DNA from: Tubulanus polymorphus
Lineage: Eukaryota > Animalia > Nemertea
Direction: 5' to 3'
Assembly: GCF_964204645.1 (NCBI RefSeq)
Contig: NW_027437446.1
Location: 49,090-113,089 of the forward strand
DNA: 64,000 bases
The notes below the pieces were generated by a model that was not told the DNA's origin, searched no databases, and worked only from the letters and a program-made list of their open reading frames with translations. Shown here in pieces: positions 1-11,200 of this stretch (within the stretch, counting starts at the first letter, position 1; each line of letters starts with the position of its first letter). The position numbers and the translations under genes are program-made.

Positions 1-3000
1 TGTCGATGCGCGAAAGCGCTCAAATCGACGGGAAAAGTACATTTCGACCCGAAAACGTCGTTCAGCGCGAGAAAATACGTTTTCTCATCAAATTCTCCCC
101 GTATCCGAAAAACGAAAATGTCGATGCGCAAAAGCGCTCAAATCGACGGGAAAAGCACATTTCGACCCGAAAACGTCGTTCAGCGCGAGAAAAGAGTTTT
201 CTCATCAAATTCTCCCCGTATCGGAAAAACGAAAATGTCGATGCGCAAAAGCGCTCAAATCGACGGGAAAAGCACATTTCGACCCGAAAACGTCGTTCAG
301 CGCGAGAAAAGACGTTTTCTCATCAAATTCTCCCCGTATCGGAAAAACGAAAATGTCGATGCGCGAAAGCGTTCAAATCGACGGGAAAAGCACATTTCGA
401 CCCGAAAACTTCGTTCAGCGCGAGAAAAGAAGTTTTCTCATCAAATTCTCCCCGTATCGGAAAAACGAAAATGTCGATGCGCAAAAGCGCTCAAATCGAC
501 GGGAAAAGTACATTTCGACCCGAAAACGTCGTTCAGCGCGAGAAAAGACGTTTTCTCATCAAATTCTCCCCGTATCGGAAAAACGAAAATGTCGATGCGC
601 AAAAGCGCTCAAATCGACGGGAAAAGCACATTTCGACCCGAAAACGTCGTTCAGCGCGAGAAAAGACGTTTTCTCATCAAATTCTCCCCTTATCAGAAAA
701 AATGAAATTGTCGATGCGCGAAAGCGCTCAAATCGACGGGAAAAGCACATTTCGACCCGAAAACGTCGTTCAGCGCGAGAAAAGAAGTTTTCTTATCAAA
801 TTTTCCCCGTATCGGAAAAACGAAAATGTCGATGCGAAAAGCGCTCAAATCGACGGGAAAAGTACATTTCGACCCGAAAACGTCGTTCAGCGCGAGAAAA
901 GAAGTTTTCTTATCAAATTCTCCCCGTATCGGAAAAACGAAAATGTCGATGCGCGAAAGCGCTCAAATCGACGGGAAAAGTACATTTCGAACCGAAAACG
1001 TCGTTCAGCGCGAGAAAAGACGTTTTCTCATCAATTCTCCCCGTATCGGAAAAACGAAAATGTCGATGAGCAAAAGCGCTCAAATCGACGGGAAAAGCAC
1101 ATTTCGACCCGAAAACGTCGTTCAGCGCGAGAAAAGACGTTTTCTCATCAAATTCTCCCCGTATCGGAAAAACGAAAATGTCGATGCGCGAAAGCGCTCA
1201 AATCGACGGGAAAAGCACATTTCGACCCGGAAACTTCGTTCAGCGCGAGAAAAGACGTTTTCTCATCAAATTCTCCCCGTATCGGAAAAACGAAAATGTC
1301 GATGCGCGAAAGCGCTCAAATCGACGGGAAAAGCACATTTCGACCCGGAAACTTCGTTCAGCGCGAGAAAAGACGTTTTCTCATCAAATTCTCCCCGTAT
1401 CGGAAAAACGAAAATGTCGATGCGCGAAAGCGCTCAAATCGACGGGAAAAGCACATTTCGACCCGAAAACTTCGTTCAGCGCGAGAAAAGACGTTTTCTC
1501 ATCAAATTCTCCCCGTATCGGAAAAACGAAAATGTCGATGCGCAAAAGCGCTCAAATCGACAGGAAAAGCACATTTCGACCCGAAAACGTCGTTCAGCGC
1601 GAGAAAAGACGTTTTCTCATCAAATTCTCCCCGTATCGGAAAAACGAAAATGTCGATGCGCAAAAGCGCTCAAATCGACGGGAAAAGCACATTTCGACCC
1701 GAAAACTTCGTTCAGCGCGAGAAAAGACGTTTTCTCATCAAATTCTCCCGTATCGGAAAAACGAAAATGTCGATGCGCAAAAGCGCTCAAATCGACGGGA
1801 AAAGCACATTTCGACCCGAAAACTTCGTTCAGCGCGAGAAAAGACGTTTTCTCATCAAATTCTCCCCGTATCGGAAAAAATGAAATTGTCGATGCTCGAA
1901 AGCGCTCAAATCGACGGGAAAAGCACATTTCGACCCGAAAACGTCGTTCAGCGCGAGAAAAGAAGTTTTCTCATCAAACTCTCCCAGTATCGGAAAAACG
2001 AAAAAGTCGATGCGCAAAAGCGCTCAAATCGACGGGAAAAGTACATTTCGACCCGAAAACGTCGTTCAGCGCGAGAAAAGACGTTTTCTCATCAAATTCT
2101 CCCCGTATCGGAAAAACGAAAATGTCGATGCGCAAAAGCGCTCAAATCGACGGGAAAAGCACATTTCGACCCGAAAACTTCGTTCAGCGCGAGAAAAGGC
2201 GTTTTCTCATCAAATTCTCGCCGTATCGGAAAAAACGAAAATGTCGATGCGCAAAAGCGCTCAAATCGACGGGAAAAGCACATTTCGACACGAAAACGTC
2301 GTTCAGCGCGAGAAAAGACGTTTTCTCATCAAATTCTCCCCGTATCGGAAAAACGAAAATGTCGATGCGCAAAAGCGCTCAAATCGACGGGAAAAGCACA
2401 TTTCGACCCGAAAACGTCGTTCAGCGCGAGAAAAGACGTTTTCTCATCAAATTCTCCCCGTATCCGAAAAAACGAAAATGTCGATGAGCAAAAGCGCTCA
2501 AATCGACGAAAAGCACATTTGGACCCCGAAAACGTCGTTCAGCGCGAGAAAAGACGTTTTCTCATCAAATTCTCCCCGTATCGGAAAAAACGAAAATGTC
2601 GATGCGCAAAAGCGCTCAAATCGACGGGATAAGCACATTTCGACCCGAAAACTTCGTTCAGCGCGAGAAAAGACGTTTTCTCATCAAATTCTCCCCTTAT
2701 CAGAAAAAATGAAATTGTCGATGCGCGAAAGCGCTCAAATCGACGGGAAAAGCACACTTCGACTCGAAAACGTCGTTCAGCGCGAGAAAAGACGTTTTCT
2801 CATCAAATTCTCCCCGTATCGGAAAAACGAAAATGTCGATGCGCAAAAGTGCTCAAATCGACGGGAAAAGCACATTTCGACCCGAAAACGTCGTTCAGCG
2901 CGAAAAAGACGTTTTCTCATCAAATTCTCCCCGTATCCGAAAAACGAAAATGTCGATGAGCAAAAGCGCTCAAATCGACGGGAAAAGCACATTTCGACCC

Positions 3001-6000
3001 GAAAACGTCGTTCAGCGCGAGAAAAGACGTTTTCTCATCAAATTCTCCCCGTATCGGAAAAACGAAAATGTCGATGCGCAAAAGCGCTCAAATCGACGGG
3101 AAAAGCACATTTCGACCCGAAAACTTCGTTCAGCCCGAGAAAAGACGTTTTCTCATCAAATTCTCCCCGTATCGGAAAAACGAAAATGTCGATGCGCAAA
3201 AGCGCTCAAATCGACGGGAAAAGCACATTTCGACCCGAAAACGTCGTTCAGCGCGAGAAAAGACGTTTTCTCATCAAATTCTCCCCGTATCGGAAAAACG
3301 AAAATGTCGATGCGCAAAAGCGCTCAAATCGACGGGAAAAGCACATTTCGACCCGAAAACGTCGTTCAGCGCGAGAAAAGACGTTTTCTCATCAAATTCT
3401 CCCCGTATCGGAAAAACGAAAATGTCGATGCGCAAAAGCGCTCAAATCGACGGGAAAAGCACATTTCCACCCGAAAACGTCGTTCAGCGCGAGAAAAGAC
3501 GTTTTCTCATCAAATTCTCCCCTTATCGAAAAAACGAAAATGTCGATGCGCAAAAGCGCTCAAATCGACGGGAAAAGTACAATTCGTCCCGAATACGTCG
3601 TTCAGCGCGAGAAAAGACGTTTTCTCATCAAATTCTCCCCGTATCGGAAAAACGAAAATGTCGATGCGCAAATGCGCTCAAATCGACCGGAAAAGCACAT
3701 TTCGACCCGAAAACGTCGTTCAGCGCGAGAAAAGACGTTTTCTCATCAAATTCTCCCCTTATCGGAAAAACGAAAATGTCGATGCGCAAAAGCGCTCAAA
3801 TCGACGGGAAAAGCACATTTCGACCCGAAAACGTCGTTCAGCGCGAGAAAAGACGTTTTCTCATCAAATTCTCCCCGTATCGGAAAAAACGAAAATGTCG
3901 ATGCGCAAAAGCGCTCAAATCGACGGGAAAAGCACATTTCGACCCGAAAACGTCGTTCAGCGCGAGAAAAGACGTTTTCTCATCAAATTCTCCCCGTATC
4001 GGAAAAACGAAAATGTCGATGCGCAAAAGCGCTCAAATCGACGGGAAAAGCACATTTCCACCCGAAAACGTCGTTCAGCGCGAGAAAAGACGTTTTCTCA
4101 TCAAATTCTCCCCTTATCGAAAAAACGAAAATGTCGATGCGCAAAAGCGCTCAAATCGACGGGAAAAGCACAATTCGTCCCGAAAACGTCGTTCAGCGCG
4201 AGAAAAGACGTTTTCTCATCAAATTCTCCCCGTATGGGAAAAACGAAAATGTCGATGCGCAAAAGCGCTCAAATCGACGGGAAAAGCACATTTCCACCCG
4301 AAAACGTCGTTCAGCGCGAGAAAAGACGTTTTCTCATCAAATTCTCCCCTTATCGAAAAAACGAAAATGTCGATGCGCAAAAGCGCTCAAATCGACAGGA
4401 AAAGCACATTTCGACCCGAAAACTTCGTTCAGCGCGAGAAAAGAAGTTTTCTCATCAAATTCTCCCCGTATCGGAAAACGAAAATGTCGATGCGCGAAAG
4501 CGCTCAAATCGACGGGAAAAGTACATTTCGACCCGAAAACGTCGTTCAGCGCGAGAAAAGACGTTTTCTCATCAAATTCTCCCCGTATCGGAAAAACGAA
4601 AATGTCGATGCGCAAAAGCGCTCAAATCGACGGGAAAAGCACATTTCGACCCGAAAACGTCGTTCAGCGCGAGAAAAGACGTTTTCTCATCAAATTCTCC
4701 CCTTATCAGAAAAAATGAAATTGTCGATGCGCGAAAGCGCTCAAATCGACGGGAAAAGCACATTTCGACCCGGAAAACGTCGTTCAGCGCGAGAAAAGAC
4801 GTTTTCTCATCAAATTCTCCCCTTATCAGAAAAAATGAAATTGTCGATGCGCGAAAGCGCTCAAATCGACGGGAAAGCACATTTCGACCCGAAAACGTCG
4901 TTCAGCGCGAGAAAAGAAGTTTTCTTATCAAATTTTCCCCGTATCGGAAAAACGAAAATGTCGATGCGAAAAGCGCTCAAATCGACGGGAAAAGTACATT
5001 TCGACCCGAAAACGTCGTTCAGCGCGAGAAAAGACGTTTTCTCATCAAATTCTCCCCTTATCAGAAAAAATGAAATTGTCGATGCGCGGAAGCGCTCAAA
5101 TCGACGGGAAAAGCACATTTCGACCCGAAAACGTCGTTCAGCGCGAGAAAAGAAGTTTTCTTATCAAATTCTCCCCGTATCGGAAAAACGAAAATGTCGA
5201 TGCGCGAAAGCGCTCAAATCGACGGAAAAGTACATTTCGAACCGAAAACGTCGTTCAGCGCGAGAAAAGACGTTTTCTCATCAAATTCTCCCCGTATCGG
5301 AAAAACGAAAATGTCGATGAGCAAAAGCGCTCAAATCGACGGGAAAAGCACATTTCGACCCGAAAACGTCGTTCAGCGCGAGAAAAGACGTTTTCTCATC
5401 AAATTCTCCCCGTATCGGAAAAACGAAAATGTCGATGCGCGAAAGCGCTCAAATCGACGGGAAAAGCACATTTCGACCCGGAAACTTCGTTCAGCGCGAG
5501 AAAAGACGTTTTCTCATCAAATTCTCCCCGTATCGGAAAAACGAAAATGTCGATGCGCGAAAGCGCTCAAATCGACGGGAAAAGCACATTTCGACCCGAA
5601 AACTTCGTTCAGCGCGAGAAAAGACGTTTTCTCATCAAATTCTCCCCGTATCGGAAAAACGAAAATGTCGATGCGCGAAAGCGCTCAAATCGACGGGAAA
5701 AGCACATTTCGACCCGAAAACGTCGTTCAGCGCGAGAAAAGACGTTTTCTCATCAAATTCTCCCCCGTATCGGAAAAACGAAAATGTCGATGCGCAAAAG
5801 CGCTCAAATGGACGGGAAAAGCACATTTCGACCCGAAAACTTCGTTCAGCGCGAGAAAAGACGTTTTCTCATCAAATTCTCCCCGTATCGGAAAAACGAA
5901 AATGTCGATGCGCAAAAGCGCTCAAATCGACGGGAAAAGCACATTTCGACCCGAAAACTTCGTTCAGCGCGAGAAAAGACGTTTTCTCATCAAATTCTCC

Positions 6001-8250
6001 CCGTATCGGAAAAAATGAAATTGTCGATGCTCGAAAGCGCTCAAATCGACGGGAAAAGCACATTTCGACCCGAAAACGTCGTTCAGCGCGAGAAAAGAAG
6101 TTTTCTCATCAAACTCTCCCAGTATCGGAAAAACGAAAAAGTCGATGCGCAAAAGCGCTCAAATCGACGGGAAAAGTACATTTCGACCCGGAAAACGTCG
6201 TTCAGCGCGAGAAAAGACGTTTTCTCATCAAATTCTCCCCGTATCGGAAAAACGAAAATGTCGATGCGCAAAAGCGCTCAAATCGACGGGAAAAGCACAT
6301 TTCGACCCGAAAACTTCGTTCAGCGCGAGAAAAGGCGTTTTCTCATCAAATTCTCCCCGTATCGGAAAAACGAAAATGTCGATGCGCAAAAGCGCTCAAA
6401 TCGACGGGATAAGCACATTTCGACCCGAAAACTTCGTTCAGCGCGAGAAAAGACGTTTTCTCATCAAATTCTCCCCGTATCAGAAAAACGAAAATGTCGA
6501 TACGCAAAAGCGCTCAAATCGACGGGAAAAGTACATTTCGACCCGAAAACGTCGTTCAGCGCGAGAAAAGACGTTTTCTCATCAAATTCTCCGCGTATCG
6601 GAAAAACGAAAATGTCGATGCGCAAAAGCGCTCAAATCGACGGGGAAAGTACATTTCGACCCGAAAACGTCGTTCAGCGCGAGAAAATACGTTTTCTCAT
6701 CAAATTCTCCCCGTATCCGAAAAACGAAAATGTCGATGCGCAAAAGCGCTCAAATCGACGTGAAAAGCACATTTCGACCCGAAAACTTCGTTCAGCGCGA
6801 GAAAAGACGTTTTCTCATCAAATTCTCCCCTTATCAGAAAAAATGAAATTGTCGATGCGCGAAAGCGCTCAAATCGACGGGAAAAGCACACTTCGACTCG
6901 AAAACGTCGTTCAGCGCGAGAAAAGACGTTTTCTCATCAAATTCTCCCCGTATCGGAAAAACGAAAATGTCGATGCGCAAAAGTGCTCAAATCGACGGGA
7001 AAAGCACATTTCGACCCGAAAACGTCGTTCAGCGCGAAAAAAGACGTTTTCTCATCAAATTCTCCCCGTATCCGAAAAACGAAAATGTCGATGAGCAAAA
7101 GCGCTCAAATCGACGGAAAAGCACATTTCGACCCGAAAACGTCGTTCAGCGCGAGAAAAGACGTTTTCTCATCAAATTCTCCCGTATCGGAAAAACGAAA
7201 ATGTCGATGCGCAAAAGCGCTCAAATCGACGGGAAAAGCACATTTCGACCCGAAAACTTCGTTCAGCCCGAGAAAAGACGTTTTCTCATCAAATTCTCCC
7301 CGTATCGGAAAAACGAAAATGTCGATGCGCAAAAGCGCTCAAATCGACGGGAAAAGCACATTTCGACCCGAAAACGTCGTTCAGCGCGAGAAAAGACGTT
7401 TTCTCATCAAATTCTCCCCGTATCGGAAAAACGAAAATGTCGATGCGCAAAAGCGCTCAAATCGACGGGAAAAGCACATTTCGACCCGAAAACGTCGTTC
7501 AGCGCGAGAAAAGACGTTTTCTCATCAAATTCTCCCCGTATCGGAAAAACGAAAATGTCGATGCGCAAAAGCGCTCAAATCGACGGGAAAAGCACATTTC
7601 GACCCGAAAACGTCGTTCAGCGCGAGAAAAGACGTTTTCTCATCAAATTCTCCCCTTATCGGAAAAAACGAAAATGTCGATGCGCAAAAGCGCTCAAATC
7701 GACGGGAAAAGCACATTTCGACCCGAAAACGTCGTTCAGCGCGAGAAAAGACGTTTTCTCATCAAATTCTCCCCGTATCGGAAAAACGAAAATGTCGATG
7801 CGCAAAAGCGCTCAAATCGACGGGAAAAGCACATTTCGACCCGAAAACGTCGTTCAGCGCGAGAAAAGACGTTTTCTCATCAAATTCTCCCCTTATCGGA
7901 AAAACGAAAATTTCGATGCGCAAAAGCGCTCAAATCGACGGGAAAAGCACAATTCGTCCCGAAAACGTCGTTCAGCGCGAGAAAAGACGTTTTCTCATCA
8001 AATTCTCCCCGTATCGGAAAAACGAAAATGTCGATGCGCAAAAGCGCTCAAATCGACGGGAAAAGCACATTTCGACCCGAAAACGTCGTTCAACGCGAGA
8101 AAAGACGTTTTCTCATCAAATTCTCCCCTTATCGGAAAAACGAAAATGTCGATGCGCAAAAGCGCTCAAATCGACGGGAAAAGCACAATTCGTCCCGAAA
8201 ACGTCGTTCAGCGCGAGAAAAAACGTTTTCTCATCAAATTCTCCCCGTAT
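1..8250. repeat. Satellite domain A (subfamily with A12G, C38T, G57T and the 119-bp TCAGAAAAAATGAAATTG monomer)
   Basis: GCGCGAAAGC, AGTACATT, AACTTCG and GAAGTTTTCTTATC are frequent here. TTATCAGAAAAAATGAAATTG occurs at ~690, 2697, 4703, 4823, 5058 and 6831. The domain-B marker GCTCGAATC is absent. Confidence 0.85.
690..7500. repeat. ~4.13-kb (35-36 monomer) segmental duplication within domain A
   Basis: Private variants recur at an offset of 4133-4135: GATGCTCGAA 1891/6026, ACACTTCGACTCG ~2754/6888, GATGAGC 2956/7090, CTTCGTTCAGCCCGA 3124/7257. The offset is ~4250 in the first part (TCGAACCG ~987/5237). Confidence 0.85.
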
Positions 8251-11200
8251 CGGAAAAACGAAAATGTCGATACGCAAAAGCGCTCAAATCGACGGGAAAA
8301 GCACATTTCGACCCGAAAACGTCGTTCAGCCCGAGAAAAGACGTTTTCTCATCAAATTCTCCCCTTATCGGAAAAACGAAAATGTCGATGCGTAAAAGCG
8401 CTCAAATCGACGGGAAAAGCACATTTCGACCCGAAAACGTCGTTCAGCGCGAGAAAAGACGTTTTCTCATCAAATTCTCCCCGTATCGGAAAAACGAAAA
8501 TGTCGATGCGCAAAAGTACTCAAATCGACCGGAAAAGCACATTTCGACCCGAAAACGTCGTTCAGCCCGAGAAAAGACGTTTTCTCATCAAATTCTCCCC
8601 TTATCGGAAAACGAAAATGTCGATGCGCAAAAGTGCTCAAATCGACGGGAAAAGCACATTTCTACCCGAAAACGTCGTTCAGCGCGAGAAAAGACGTTTT
8701 CGCATCAAATTCTCCCCGTATCGGAAAACGAAAATGTCGATGCGCAAAAGTGCTCAAATCGACGGGAAAAGCACATTTCTACCCGAAAACGTCGTTCAGC
8801 GCGAGAAAAGGCGTTTTCTCATCAAATTCTCCCCGTATCCGAAAAACGAAAATGTCGATGCGCAAAAGCGCTCAAATCGACGGGAAAAGCACATTTCGAC
8901 CCGAAAACGTCGTTCAGCCCGAGAAAAGACGTTTTCTCATCAAATTCTCCCCTTATCGGAAAACGAAAATGTCGATGCGCAAAAGCGCTCGAATCGACGG
9001 GAAAAGCACATTTCGACCCGAAAACGTCGTTCAGCGCGAGAAAAGACGTTTTCTCATCAAATTCTCCCCGTATCCGAAAAACGAATATGTCGATGCGCAA
9101 AAGCGCTCGAATCGACGGGAAAAGCACATTTCGACCCGAAAACGTCGTTCAGCGCGAGAAAAGACGTTTTCTCATCAAATTCTCCCCGTATCCGAAAAAC
9201 GAAAATGTCGATGCGCAAAAGTACTCAAATCGACGGGAAAAGCACATTTCTACCCGAAAACGTCGTTCAGCGCGAGAAAAGACCTTTTCTCATCAAATTC
9301 TCCCCGTATCGGAAAAACGAAAATGTCGATACGCAAAAGCGCTCAAATCGACGGGAAAAGCACATTTCGACCCGAAAACGTCGTTCAGCCCGAGAAAAGA
9401 CGTTTTCTCATCAAATTCTCCCCTTATCGGAAAACGAAAATGTCGATGCGCAAAAGCGCTCGAATCGACGGGAAAAGCACATTTCGACCCGAAAACGTCG
9501 TTCAGCGCGAGAAAAGACGTTTTCTCATCAAATTCTCCCCGTATCGGAAAAACGAAAATGTCGATGCGCAAAAGCGCTCGAATCGACGGGAAAAGCACAT
9601 TTCGACCCGAAAACGTCGTTCAGCGCGAGAAAAGACGTTTTCTTATCAAATTCTCCCCGTATCGGAAAAACGAAAATGTCGATGCGCGAAAGCGCTCAAA
9701 TCGACGGGAAAAGCACATTCCGACCCGAAAACGTCGTTCAGCCCGAGAAAAGACGTTTTCTCATCAAATTCTCCCCTTATCGGAAAACGAAAATGTCGAT
9801 GCGCAAAAGCGCTCGAATCGACGGGAAAAGCACATTTCGACCCGAAAACGTCGTTCAGCGCGAGAAAAGACGTTTTCTCATGAAATTCTCCCCGTATCCG
9901 AAAAACGAATATGTCGATGCGCAAAAGCGCTCGAATCGACGGGAAAAGCACATTTCGACCCGAAAACGTCGTTCAGCGCGAGAAAAGACGTTTTCTCATC
10001 AAATTCTCCCCGTATCCGAAAAACGAAAATGTCGATGCGCAAAAGTACTCAAATCGACGGGAAAAGCACATTTCTACCCGAAAACGTCGTTCAGCGCGAG
10101 AAAAGACGTTTTCTCATCAAATTCTCCCCTTATCGGAAAACGAAAATGTCGATGCGCAAAAGCGCTCGAATCGACGGGAAAAGCACATTTCGACCCGAAA
10201 ACGTCGTTTAGCCCGAGAAAAGACGTTTTCTCATCAAATTCTTCCCGTATCGGAAAAACGAAAATGTCGATGCGCGAAAGCGCTCAAATCGACGGGAAAA
10301 GCACATTCCGACCCGAAAACGTCGTTCAGCCCGAGAAAAGACGTTTTCTCATCAAATTCTCCCCGTATCCGAAAAACGAATATGTCGATGCGCAAAAGCG
10401 CTCGAATCGACGGGAAAAGCACATTTCGACCCGAAAACGTCGTTCAGCGCGAGAAAAGACGTTTTCTCATCAAATTCTCCCCGTATCCGAAAAACGAAAA
10501 TGTCGATGCGCAAAAGTACTCAAATCGACGGGAAAAGCACATTTCTACCCGAAAACGTCGTTCAGCGCGAGAAAAGACGTTTTCTCATCAAATTCTCCCC
10601 TTATCGGAAAACGAAAATGTCGATGCGCAAAAGCGCTCGAATCGACGGGAAAAGCACATTTCGACCCGAAAACGTCGTTCAGCCCGAGAAAAGACGTTTT
10701 CTCATCAAATTCTCCCCTTATCGGAAAACGAAAATGTCGATGCGCAAAAGCGCTCGAATCGACGGGAAAAGCACATTTCGACCCGAAAACGTCGTTCAGC
10801 GCGAGAAAAGACGTTTTCTCATCAAATTCTCCCCGTATCCGAAAAACGAAAATGCGCTCAAATCGACGGGAAAAGCACATTTCGACCCGAAAACGTCGTT
10901 CAGCGCGAGAAAAGACGTTTTCTCATCAAAATCTCCCCGTATCCGAAAAACGAAAATGTCGATGCGCAAAAGTACTCAAATCGACCGGAAAAGCACATTT
11001 CGACACGAAAACGTCGTTCAGCGCGAGAAAAGACGTTTTCTCATCAAATTCTCCCCTTATCGGAAAACGAAAATGTCGATGCGCAAAAGTGCTCAAATCG
11101 ACGGGAAAAGCACATTTCTACCCGAAAACGTCGTTCAGCGCGAGAAAAGACGTTTTCTCATCAAATTCTCCCCGTATCGGAAAACGAAAATGTCGATGCG

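Noticed and set aside
7388-7405. GAGAAAA-GACG-TTTTCTC as a bacterial intrinsic terminator
   Set aside because: The stem is AT-rich, no U-tract follows it, and there is no gene context.
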